Part shown: positions 32,662-47,078 of the stretch, piece after piece
Layout of the letters: the number at the start of each line of letters is the position of its first letter
How positions within the stretch are numbered: the stretch's first letter is position 1
Notes under the pieces: model-generated
Seen by the model: only the letters and a program-made list of their open reading frames with translations
The model's database searches: none
What the model was told of the DNA's origin: nothing
Source of the DNA: the human T2T-CHM13v2.0 reference genome, Homo sapiens
Reading direction: 5' to 3' (one strand)
NCBI RefSeq assembly: GCF_009914755.1
Contig: NC_060930.1
DNA: 64,000 bases
Made by a program: the position numbers and the translations under genes

Positions 32662-33055
32662 TGTAATGGATGCTGTGGTGGGCTGCCTGGACCTTTCCCA
32701 TTGTTGGGAGTGTTGGTGGCTGACAATTCTCATTCATTTAGTTGCTTTCAGGGGTTGCCCTCAGCCACAGAGAACCAATTACACCAAGGCTGTAACCCCA
32801 GTCAAGGTATAAAAGGTATAACAGGCCCATGCCCTTGGCTCAAGGCGAGACAACTCTGAAGATCCAACCCATAGCTAGAGTTCACCTTGAGATCCACGGG
32901 GGCCCTGTCTGCACTGCAGTTCAACTCCTCCCTCTGTCCAACAGTGATTCCTCCACTCCCTTGCAGATGTTGATCCTGAGAGATCTCCCCAGTAAACTTT
33001 CTGCGCACAAGTCTTCTTCTCAGAGTTTATTTCCTAGTAACCCGATCTAAGACAT
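32662..33055. mobile_element. MaLR/ERVL-type LTR remnant
   Basis: TG start, AGTAAAC poly(A)-like signal and ...ATCTAAGACA end. Confidence 0.45.
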
Positions 33056-33263
33056 TCATCTTACCAGTTTTTCTAAGACTTCCATTATCATAATTATTTT
33101 CTGAACGGCCTATGAGAGTGTTTCAAACCTCAGACAAGTCCAATTCAGAATTGAAGCTTCCCTCTCCTCTTCTCCCCACCCTAAATATTTGGCTTTAAAG
33201 ATGGAGATAAAACTTCCCTCATAATTGCAGCAGAACTGTGGTCCAGAGCTTCAAACGTGAATT

Positions 33264-33836
33264 TGTTGTCATGCACGGGATGTAATATGTTGTTAGGCAG
33301 GTGATTTTGTCATTGTGTGAACATCATAGAAACAAAGATGGTACAGCCCACTACACACCTAGGCTATATGGCAGAGCCTACTGCTGTTAGGTTACAGACT
33401 CATAGTGTGTTTTACTGTACTGAATACAGCACTGCAGGCAATTGTAACACAATGGTAAGTATTTATATATAAACATAGAAACATTTATATATAAACATAG
33501 AAAAAGTACAGTAAAAATACAATATAAAAAGTAAAAAATGGTACACCTGCATAGGACACTTACCATGAATGGAACGTGCAGGACCAGAAGTAGCCCTGGG
33601 TGAGTGGTGAGTGAATGCGAAGGCCTAGGTCATTACTGCATGCTACTGTAGACTTTATAAACACTATAAACTTAGGCTACAGTACATTTAAAAAAAATAA
33701 GTAATCTCACTATTCTATTATGATAGCTATGACATCACTATGTAACAGGAATTTTTCAGCTCCATCAGAATCTCATAAGATCACCTATGCATGATCTGTC
33801 ATTGACTGAAATGTTGCTATGTGGCACATAACTGTA
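33264..33836. mobile_element. Tigger (TcMar) derivative, Tigger3-like
   Basis: TGTGTGAACATCATAGA, CACCTAGGCTATATGG and an end GCACATAACTG|TA. Confidence 0.75.
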
Positions 33837-33879
33837 CATGGTTCTTGCTTTCTTCTACAGTGTCAGAGTTTCCAGTTTT

Positions 33880-35350
33880 TAGTTAAGTCTGTTAAATTTC
33901 CTCAAAAAATTGTCTTTTTTACATTAATACTCATTCCATCTGAGATTTACTACTGTATATGGGATAAGATGAGGGTCAATTTTTAAACTTTCTTCCAGTT
34001 GGAGAGTCAGTTATTTCTGCATCATTTATGTAAAAACAAACAAGCAAACAGTTAAAATCTCATATGGTCTTCTTACTTCATGAAACCAACAATCATATTA
34101 ACTCATATACTGAAATCCATTTCTGGATTCTCTATTATGTCCTACTAAATATTTTTCATAGTATGTTCTGATAGCCGCTTCAGAAAGAAAATACTCTTAC
34201 TTATTATTTCTTTGTATGATTTCCTTGGTTATCACCAGGTAATTATTATTTCAAATGAACTTTAAGATTATTTTATACAAGTCCAAAAAACCAAAACCAA
34301 AGCCAAAGACAACTCAAAACTCCACTGGGATTCTAATTGGAAATGCATTAAATTTACATATTAATTTTGGGAGGCTTTTAAAAATTGACAATCATAATTG
34401 TATATGTTTATGGGGTTTTGGGATGTGATGTTTTGATCAATATGTGATGTTTTGATCAAAATATACATTGTGGATTGATTAATTCAAGCTAATTAACATA
34501 TTCATTCCTTCACATACCATTTCTTTGTGGTGAGAATATTTAAAATCTACTCTTTTAGTAATTTGGAAATATACATTATTATTAACTATAGTCACCATGC
34601 TGTGGAATAGGTCACTAAAACTCATTCCTTCCATCTAACTGAAATTTTGTATTCTTTGACCAACCCCTTGGGAGACTAAAAATGTATACAGAAAGACTTC
34701 CCACTCAAGAACATGTTTGACTTTTCATTGGTTTCTCATGTTTTTTATTAAGATTTAATAGCTGGTTTATATAGGTTGCGTGTTCAGGTTTTAGTCCTAC
34801 ATTTTATAGTTTTGGTCATGTGAAATTTTTTTATGTCTATTTCTGGGTGCTTAGTGCTGGGGAAGATAAAAGTTATTGATTTTTATATATTTATCTTCTA
34901 TCTAGCCAACTTACAAAGTTTTATTAATACAGTGCTTTTTTCCCTTGAATCTGTTGGGTTTTCTACATACACAATCATAGTATTAGCAAATATATAGTTT
35001 TACTTCTTAGTTTCCAGCATTTATAGCAGATGTATCTCTTACATTGTTCATTTACTAAAACCTTTAAAGTACTTCTTTTTAAAAAGGGAATGATGATAGC
35101 AGGCATTTCTTTCTAATTTCTGATTACAGTGAAATTTGTTAACTTTTTTCCACTTAGATATCAAAAGTTGTTGTTTTGATGTAAGCAATCTTTATTATCA
35201 TTGAGGTGTTTTTTTTCTAAATTTTTCCCCTTAAACTCTTCCTAAAACTGGATGCTGAATTTTACCATGTACCTTTCTGTGACTACTGATTTGATTGCCT
35301 AATTTTTTCCTTTAATTTGTGCATAGGATTATATGGGCAGATTTCCTATG
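33880..35350 (-). mobile_element. Old L1M ORF2 remnant with a nested L1MA 3' end (~34375-34670)
   Basis: T-rich antisense L1 motifs (ATTGATTTTTATATATTTATCTT, GTCACCATGCTGTGGAATAG). Confidence 0.65.
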
Positions 35351-35553
35351 TTGTGCCACCCCTGCTTCTCTGTGCATGTATTTCCTTGATAATCTTATAA
35401 ATTCCTATAGAAATGTTTACCAAAATGTGTCAAAAGTTAATAGCTATAACTTAATAAAAGGGTTCCATGATCAAATTAATTTAAGAAGCACCAGACCAAA
35501 GTTAAATGGTCCTTCCCCAGACCTTTGAAGCTAATGTGCATCGTTAATCTTCA

Positions 35554-35868
<315 letters not shown>

Positions 35869-36290
35869 GGTGATTAAAGTACAAAGTGTTTAGTGAAGTT
35901 TATTGGACTATATTTTTCACGGGCCATCCCATGGGACTAGATCAGAGCAGAATCAACTTTCGGAATGCATACTTGGATTGCATGCTAAGATTTACAAACA
36001 TTTTCAGCACGAGACCAATTAAATCATGGAGATAAAAGTTAGAATCATAGGATGCCAAAACCATTTGTTTGAGGAAGAATAATTTAGTTAAGCAACACAT
36101 TATACCAGTTTTACTTTTATTTATATGAGATTTTCTCCTTGGGTGGGCCCAAGTTATCAATATTTGGCACTATACAGACCAGTCTTAGAGCACAGGGTAA
36201 TTCAGGGGCTGCATGTCATTCCAGCTCCTGACACTGTTGACATATGACACTAGGAAATCACACAACTGTGCCTGTACCCACCTCTCTCTA

Positions 36291-36848
<558 letters not shown>

Positions 36849-39009
36849 TCAGTCTCACGCTAGTTTTCGTTATGTTAGAAGCTTCCCATCATGTCACTGC
36901 CTCACTCTGTGACTAACCAGGCAGAAGCAGGGAATAGCCACTTCAATTTTCTTATCTTTCCAAAGGAAGGAATCAAATCTGACAAAGCCTCAAGGGGACA
37001 TTCGAAGGACAAAGTTAGCCATTAATCTAAAATTCTCCTTTTACCTCAAAAAGGGTCAAATGCCTCCTCCCTCTGTAATTCTAAAAGTAGATCTCATCCC
37101 TCAAATGCAGGAAAGAGAGGGAGCAGGTCTGGAGAAAGGACACTAAGATTTCCATGAGATAAGTGTGATTGTTTTCAGTGACACAGAAACTATCCTCAGC
37201 TTTCCTTAGCTACTAATGGGCCAGTTCAAAAGTCAAAACCTGGACTGTCTGATGCCAACATTCACAGGTTTTTCTTTTGATTTGTGGCATCAGGAGTGTA
37301 AACGTAAATCACATGTTTCTTAGTTGTCTAACTTTGTATGTGTGACTTAAATTCATTTCTTCATCATAGAATGGAGACACTAATATTCATTTCATAGCCT
37401 AACATGTTCCACTTCTTACAGGAATGTGACAGGAGACGGCATGAGATGACACGTATGCAAGCATTTAGCAAAGGGTCTGACACATGAAAGTCAGCTCTCT
37501 TCCTGCCCTTTTCCCCTTCCCCTCTATGAATGATGACTGAAAGTGGGGGTCATCCTAACTCCCTGTCCTCACTGTACTTTAGAAGATCTAGTCTAGAGAC
37601 TGGTTTCTGCATGTGCATTTGGCATTGTAAAGAGTTATTGGGGAGAAGGTGGGGTGGGAGGGTAGAAGGGTCGGCAGGGGTGCCCTGGCCTCTTGCCCTC
37701 CCCCTCCCTGCCCCTGCCTGATGCATGATTTGCCTTCATGGCTATAAGCACCATGTGCGCAGAAAGCACAGTTGCTGAGCTTGTACCCATGCCGGGGCAT
37801 CTCCTGCCATAGTCGAATGGCTTCCTTTACCTCCACACATAAATCCTGTGCAGGATGCCTGGTCCCTTTGGACCCCATTGTGTTCCATAGTCAAAACCAA
37901 GAAGTTGGGCTCTTTAAGATCCTCTTCGGTCCTAAAGTCCAGGAGTTCCTGAAACACTGCTGAGCAATTCAAAGTTCAGGCAATCCTGAGTTTGAATCTC
38001 AGGTGTCAAAATTACTGCGTTAAGGTACTTTACCTTTCAGAATCTGAATTTTCTTATTTTAAAATGAGGATACTAATACCCTGAGAAGGTCTATGAAGGC
38101 TCAATGAGATAACGGTGCAGTGGGTCTGGCACTATGCCTGGCACATAGTGGGTCCTAGGCTTACTGTGGCTCACTGCCCCTAAACTGTGACAGCCATTTC
38201 ACAGGGCGTGGTGCTCCCCGGGTTACCCTGACTGCAGCATTACGGCAAGCAGAAAGTGCAGGATGCAGTTTTATTTTTACCTCTTCTCAGAACCCTGTTG
38301 TATACATGTTCCCCTGAAGGGCACTTTCTTTGCATTATGCTGTGAGCTAAAGATGTTTAATTCTCTAGACCTCTCTATTCCAAGCTGCCTTTCTCCTAAG
38401 TCCTCTGGTCTTATTAAGACCACAATCCCCGTGATAAACCAGCCCAAGAATGAGCTGGAGGAGCACAAATGTTCCTGTTGAAAAGGAGCTTAGCAATCAA
38501 CTCCTCTGGTCCTCTTTCTTAGCACAGGGGCTTTAAAATTTTTTTTTTAAAAATAGCTAAACACCAAAGTCCTTAGAAATGGGTTTCATCAGTTCTCCGT
38601 TTACCAGCACCAATGGAAGGAATATACTGATATTACATCCTTACAGAATCTCACAGAACAGCAATAGCATTTTCTCAGCCATCTGGTAGAACTACTATAC
38701 CCTGCATGAAACATTTTCATGAGAGCCCTACTACTTGGGCTTCTAGCTTCCATTTGAACAGGGAACTCATTTTTTCATAGGGCAAACAGTCCATTTTTAA
38801 ACAACTCTAATTATTTGAAAACTTCTCTTAAGATAAACTGACATCTGCTTCCTTGTAATTTTTCTAACCATGGGTCCTCGTTCTGACTTCTAGATAAATA
38901 TAGAATAAGTCCTCTTATTCATTTTAGCTGGCACTCTCTAGGTATTTAAAGACTGCTCATAGGATTTTTTTTTTTTCTGAGTAAAACATTCTTCATTTAT
39001 TTAACTGTT

Positions 39010-39309
39010 TGCTTGTTTGAAACAGAGTCTTGCTCTGTTACCCAGACTGGAGTGCAGTGGCGCGATCTCGGCTCACTGCAACCTCTGCCTCCTGGGTTCA
39101 AGCAATCCTCCCCACCTCATCCTCCTGAGTAGCTGGGATTGCAGGCACTCACCACCATGCCCCGCTAATTTTTGTATTTTTAAAAAATTTAATAGAGACG
39201 GGGTTTCACCATGTTGGCCAGGCTGGTCTTGAACTCCTGACCTCAGGTGATCCGCCGGCTTGGCTTTCCAAAGTGCTAAGATTATAGGCGTGAGCCATCA
39301 CATCCAGCC
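39010..39309 (-). mobile_element. AluS
   Basis: Full dimer with TSD TATTTAACTGTTT. Confidence 0.94.
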
Positions 39310-39572
39310 TATTTAACTGTTTTTAAGAAGTTATTTCTAGAACTTTTATCCAACGCTCTGTTTTGGAATATTTTCCACTTTGTCAATTTCTCTTTTGAAG
39401 TGTTATTTTCTGGAATTAAGTACATTACTCTAGTTGTGGTTTTTCTGTAAAAAAAAAAAAAAAAGAGACCATTACATCTTTTAAAATAAACAGTCTATTA
39501 TTTCAAATCAAGATATTGTCAGTGTCTTGGATACTCTTAACTCACTGTTGATTTATATTATGCATCTGATAA

Positions 39573-39871
<299 letters not shown>

Positions 39872-40199
39872 CTTAAAACACATTCTAATGTTATTTCTAG
39901 CAACAATGGATCAAAATTCAGTTGAGGCCCCTACAAGTCACCCACTCATGTTGCTATTTGGCTATATTTATTTGTGCAATTGTTTTCTTCTGTTTAGTTC
40001 GATATTAAGACTTTGCATGGGTTAAATTTCTTCTTATTGAATTTGGCTCACTGTCCCATGCTCTTAAGATCATTTTAACCCCTAAGTATGCATTTAATAT
40101 ATTTAATATTCTCCCTAGCTTCTTGTCCTCTGGGAATGTTATAAGTGTGCTATTTTATGTTGCCACTCAAGACATGGGTATAAATGTTGATTAGGCAAC

Positions 40200-40800
40200 T
40201 GTCTAATAACTACTAACTAAGTAAACGCACAGCAGTAGATGCTAAAATGTGGACAGATAATTATGACACAGTGTCAGACATCTCTGACAAAGGAAGTAAA
40301 GAGAACTGAGGGGAGTATCAGGGAGGAGCCCCTAACCCACATTTAGGGGGTAGAAAATAAGGAATTTCTCTGAAGGAAGTGAGACATAAGCAGTGAGCAA
40401 AAGAGGAGTCAGTTGTCCATGTGGAAAGGGGGGTGGAGAGGAATGCTTCAGGCAGAGAAAGAAGGATAGGTGAAGACTGAGGCAAGAGAGTGCATAGTTG
40501 CTTAAGAAATTGAAAGATGATGGTTGGCTGAAATGTACTAGTGGGAGCCACGGTGGAAGAGTAAGGAGGAGCCTGCTCATCACACGAGCCTTGGAGACCA
40601 TGCGAAGGAGTTTGGGTTTTAATTGCATGGTGGATCCAGTGAAGAATCTGAAACAGCAAACTGACATGATTAGATTTATATATATATTGAAACTGCTTCT
40701 GGTGGCAGAGTGGAAAAGGGATTGGAAGGGGCAAAGCTGGAAGCTGAACCCAGTTAAGAAGCTGTTGCAGTGTTCTGGGTGAGGGGCCACGTGAGTTTAG
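40200..40800 (+). mobile_element. L2 fragment
   Basis: L2-like purine-rich motifs (TGACATGATTAGATTT, GAAGCTGTTGCAGT). Confidence 0.55.
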
Positions 40801-41359
40801 CCTGCATGTAGGGGTTCAAGGCACTGCTCCTCTGGTACTCCTGGATTTGCCTTCTCTATTCCTACCCTCCCTCCCTGCATGATAATGTGTCCCTGAAATG
40901 AGTCCTGCCTTGGCTTCCCAAGCAGCTCTACCTACAAGGCAAAGTAAGGCTGGAGACGGAGAAATATTCGAGTATTTCTTTGGTATCATTGGTATGTCTC
41001 ATCCATCCTAGTTCTCATTGCAAATGAAAACCTGGCTTTCCAGCTTTACCTCCTAGCCTAGTGTACCTGGTTAATGTCTAGTGAGACTGGTTAGAGTCAG
41101 TCCATCATGGCATAGTGCTAGTTTTATGGGATATTGACAGGTATTGGAAGAATTAGAGCTCCATGTTTAAACCAGTGTGGAAAATGCTAGCCTAACCAAA
41201 GCTGATCAGGATTCTTTACTGAAGCATTCATGTGAGACTTTAACATGCTGATGTATACCACAGATATCTCAGAGGGGCAATGGTTTCCAAACGTAAATGA
41301 CTATGGAAACTTTTTTCTTTGGAGATCTGCATTTTTCAGAATATGTTTTTGGAAATGCT

Positions 41360-41755
41360 TCACTACTTACTAATTGTGCAGCCTCAGAAAAGTTATTTAA
41401 TCTCTCTGAGCCTCAGTTTTCTTATCTTTAATATGGGAATGAAGTACCTATCTTATAGAGTGGCTGACACCAAGTACATTCTTAATAAATGTTTATTATT
41501 ATTGTTGTTGTTATTATTATTAAGAGAAGTAGAAGAGCATAGTAAGAGCATAGACTGTGGAGCTAGGCTGCCTGAACCCAAATCCCAACTCTCACGTACT
41601 GTCTTTGTGACCTTGGCAAGTTACATAAATGTCCTGTGCCTCAGTTTTCTCATCTGCAAAATGAAGTTGGTGTGAGGATTAAATGAGAAAATGCACCGAG
41701 TGCTCTATCCTAGGGCCTGGTACATGGTAAATGCTCAGAAATTGATGGCAATAAT
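41360..41755. mobile_element. Two MIR elements
   Basis: CTCTGAGCCTCAGTTTTCT and GTGACCTTGGCAAG...CCTCAGTTTTCTCATCTGCAAAATG. Confidence 0.8.
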
Positions 41756-42569
41756 AATCATAATAGCACTGAGCATTTGGATTGGCCCTTAGGACCAATC
41801 ATTAAGTAGTCAGGTATCTGAGAAGGCATGGTGCGAGGCTGGAATCTGAGCAATGGAAGTCACAAGGTAAAGAATGTCCCTGGGAAGCTTTTTAGCAGTG
41901 GCCTTCCAGCCTTCCCAGGGAAGCATGCCATTTTATACTCCTTGTCTTCTGAGCAGACAGGCTTGCTTTGAATTTCCACAGGTAAATAGAAAGCATTTCT
42001 CCTCTTGATTCGCAGGAAACATCTGTCTTCTTTTTAAAAAAAAAAAAGTATCATCGTCTCTTTGTATTATCTTTATATAGGTGATTTTTTAGCCATGGGA
42101 TTGTAATCCCCTTGAAGACTGGACCATGTCTTAATTATCTTGCTATAGTGCCTGGGGCAGTGTGCAGAAATGCCACAGCAAATATGCCTCCTTTCACCTG
42201 AACACCTTTTACGTGAAAATTTGGAGCGTAGAGTTGATCATTCATTTCAAAATAAATTATCTCATTTACTGTAGGATTAACCATAGGTGTCCTTTAAATG
42301 TCATTTCCCATTTTATTCTCAAAATATGCTAGTTTCAGGACATATATATAGTTGAAGGTATGATGTGGGAATTTATAACATAAGAACTCCAGATCAGCAG
42401 TTTTGTTTCACATCGGAATAAAATACTGTCTTCCTAGCCTGCTTATATGTTGATAACGAAGGGTGAGAAAAAGGGTGCTGATTAATGCCTTTGAGAATAG
42501 AAAACCTAAGTCAAAAAAAAAAAAAGACAAAACCCCAGCTCATGGGTTTATAGTTTTTCCATAGTGTAA

Positions 42570-43050
42570 ACAAACATATATATATATCATGAATATATAT
42601 GTTTATATATAATATATAAAAACATATATTGTTTACATATAATATATAAAAACATATATTGTTTATATATTATATATTGTTCATATAAATTATATATATT
42701 ACATGTGTTTATATTATATGATGGATATAAACAAATAATATATTACAAATATATATTTATATATTATATATTATTTATATCTTTATATATTATATACTGT
42801 TTATATATAATAGATATAAGCAAACTATATATTTGTTTGTTTTCACTATGAAAAAACTATAAACCCATGAGTTTGGGTTTTAAAAATATATTGTTTACAT
42901 ATATAATATATACTTTTTATATATTATTTATGTATATATTGTTTACATATTATAAACAATATATTTATATATGATATGTGTATATATATTATATATAAGC
43001 AAACTTTTTTTATATATATAAAGTTACATATATATAAAGTTATACGTATA
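42570..43050. repeat. AT-rich, (TA)n-derived low-complexity array
   Basis: Directly visible. Confidence 0.95.
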
Positions 43051-43368
43051 AAACAAAATTTATTTCATTGCCCATGAGTCAGCCACCCACAGGTCAACCA
43101 AGTATTTGGTTCTTATGACAGCTGATAATATCAGTTGTTTTAAATTATATCATCTATACTGGTATACTTTAGACATTTAATTCTAAGCATGATGTTTTCT
43201 AACATGTTACTTTTTCTAAGTGATCTTTTGATTCTCTGTTGCAATATCACTTCAACAAGCCAATGCCTCAGGAAAAACATAAAATCACAGTGGTACTATA
43301 AGTGGGGAAAAACTAAGGCAGTGATAAGTAAAACTTTCCTGTATAATCTCTTAAAAGTGCGTCTTGGG

Positions 43369-43701
<333 letters not shown>

Positions 43702-44899
43702 TCATAAAAAAAAAATAAAACTTGGCTAAGAAGGGGAAGATTAAAAGCTACACAGAGAGGTTGAGAGTTTAAAGAAATAATGTTCCAGACTGTAGTCAAA
43801 TGGAAAAGACATGAGGAAGCTTAATGGGTTGTCCAAAGTATTGGGGATAGAGGTGAGGTCCCCAATACCACTGATTCAACAAAATTTATTTCATTGCCCA
43901 TGAGTCAGCCACACACAGGTCAACCAAGTATTTGGTTCTTATAACAGCTGATAGTATCAAAGACTCTGAAGATGACTGTATAAAATATGAACATAGACAT
44001 AAAAATATCATTGTTCATTCCATTGTCCATTTTGCCTAGGAAATGTCCCTTGCCATGGAGTGTGTTCCAGCAAGCATTGATGAATCTAGCATATTGATTT
44101 TTGCTTTGTTTACTGGGTTCACAAGGCAGTTTAGATGGAAAAAGTCTTATCATCATCCAGACTCCGTTTGCCACAAACAGGAAATGAATTTGCTTCCCCT
44201 GTCCAAGCCTAGTTCCTGGCAAAATGGAACAGTTCATTGCTAAGCCGCCTTTTTTTTTTTTTTTTTTTAAATACTGTAGCTAGAAACTTGGCAGCTCGCT
44301 CTTTCAAAGTGACAGCTTTCAAACTGTCTACCTAACACAATTTAGCCTAATTCCAAACATATCGGAAAATGGACTGTTAAAGAAAAGAAAAAATCTCCGG
44401 AGGAGCAACTGCCTCCCTGTCCTCCTGCTTTTTCTCTAATATGAACAAAATGTAAATTATTGTCTCCCTAGGTTGTAAAATATTCTTCAGAGAATGATTA
44501 TACCTGTCACAGATGGGATCTTGAAATAAGTTAAATGTTTAGGTTTATATACTAGGAATTCCCTAGTGAACTGAATTCTCCATGCAATTTTTGGTAATAT
44601 TATTATTGAACTATAAGCATAAATGCTATCCATGAGAAACTGGTTTATTTATTTAAAAAAAAACAGGAAAAATAACTCTTTCTCACATTTCTTTTGGGTA
44701 CCCAGAATTTTAACATGTCCTTAATTAGAATGATTAAAAGCATTTTCTTAAGTGGCTTAATTTATAAAGTGTTGTTATTAATACATCCTGGAACCTATAA
44801 TGTTGAAGGATTGCTCAGGTGCTCAGAGGAAGCTGGAACAAGAGAAATGAGCCCCATACCTCCAGGGGCTAAAATCCCTCTGGTCTATTCCTCTTCTAG

Positions 44900-45257
<358 letters not shown>

Positions 45258-47043
45258 CTCCCTACCACTTTGTAAAGCATAATTCTGATTATGTATTTCT
45301 GCTAATTAGAATCCTTCTCAAGTCCCCCATTATCTGCAGGAGGAAAGCAAGATCCCCAAGGCCTGGTATGGTGTGATGCCTGCCATCTTTTCCCAGGCTT
45401 ATATCTTCTCTTTCATCTTTTAGTCCCTCCTCACTTGCAATATACTGTTCCCTCTACTGCAAACACTTTTCCATGCGCTTGCCTGTCAGGAACACTCATA
45501 CTCATCCTCTAAGTCTCGGCTCCAATATCCTTGCATCAGGAAGCCCTCCTCATCCTCTTCCCCACTCCACCACACCGCTAGACATTGATTTCTGTTATTT
45601 CACTGCAATTTGCATAAATCACAGTCACAGTCTTTATCACACTGAATTGCAATGATCTTTTATTTATTTTGTCTTCTACACTGAGAGTTTCTTGAGGCCA
45701 GGGACTAACTTACTCAACTTCATGTCCCAAGGGACAGCCTGGAGCAGCTCCTGACACATATGTGAAAACCAGTGTATATTTTTCCAGGAACTGAATGAAA
45801 GGAGGAACTGCTGCTGGACAATAGCATTTCTCAGTCATACACTGAATGCCTCTTAGTCTCTCAGTAACCTTCAATCCAGAGAGGTTTACTCTGCACAAAG
45901 AGGAGGTTTATCATTAATTGGTTGATTTAATTCTGACAAGGAGTGGTGGGATGGAGGAGATTCTTAGAAAGGTATAAGACCCCATTAGCCTGAAAAACTA
46001 CTAGAACCCAGTTTTTAAATAGGGCCAGGCTTGCTTTCCAGTTTTAATTCAATACAATAGAACTGTTAAATGATTCCAATTACTGCTACAAATGGTCGCC
46101 TATTGTTAACAATATAGAGCCAAAGCAGACCAACAACATAAGGTTTCTTCTGGAATATTACATTTCCAGCTACACATAACCTTTCAGACCAGGAAGGCAG
46201 TGGAGAGATTTTTCAGAAACACCAACTAAGCCTGCAGAACAGTCTATTAGAAATTGATACAAATCCAAATCTGAGGAGATCGTCTCAGTACCTTTCCTGG
46301 CTACAACTGAATTCAAAGGGTGACATTAAAGATGCCTAAAATCATGCAAAGATGTCAAACGCTACCACTGAATGGCTGGTCCCACCTCTGGGATTTCCGT
46401 GCCTACCTCAAATATTTCATTTTTTTTTCTTGAATATCATGGTGTGTATGAGAGGAAACTTACATGAGTTTATACATTTTAAAATATAGATTTTACCAAA
46501 ATAATTCTTAACCAAATGTTACCAAAGCCATGACTTAAGGGCGTTATATACACTCAGTATACCTTAGAACACTGTATATATCACACACAGTGATGGGCAG
46601 GACTCACTGCTACAGAACTATTAGAAATGAAAAACCCGCCATTTCCCCCCTTTTCCTCTTCTTGCCTCTCTGCATTTCTCAGTCAGTATTACAAGAGCAG
46701 CTTGCTAACTGGAAGAGTGGCCACTGAAAAAAATGGAGACAAGAGTTTAACTTGGGGCTGGTGTTCCTGGAGCCAAAGTCATCATCCGCAGATTGGTAAC
46801 CGCGGATACAAGGCCTCTTAGAGGCCACTAGTGGCCACTGGGTGAACTGCATGAAGATGGCATTTTAAAAATGCGTGTGCTTTCCAAGGTTTAGTCGCTT
46901 AGCAAATTTCGTCCCTTAGTGACTTGGAGAAAACTTGATATATAGTGCCAGAAAACCTGCTTTTAGAACAATTAAATATAAATCTGAAATGCAAAAGGTA
47001 ACCAGGAGATAGACCTCCTTGTTCAGATGGTTTGTGTGCTGCT

Positions 47044-47078
47044 ATGTGTGTGTGCATATATATATATATATATATATA
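47044..47078 (+). repeat. (TG)n(TA)n microsatellite
   Basis: Directly visible. Confidence 0.9.

Noticed and set aside
46823-46836. 14-bp palindrome GGCCACTAGTGGCC resembling a CTCF site
   Set aside because: The spacing is one base short of the CTCF core, and the match is too short to support without ChIP data.
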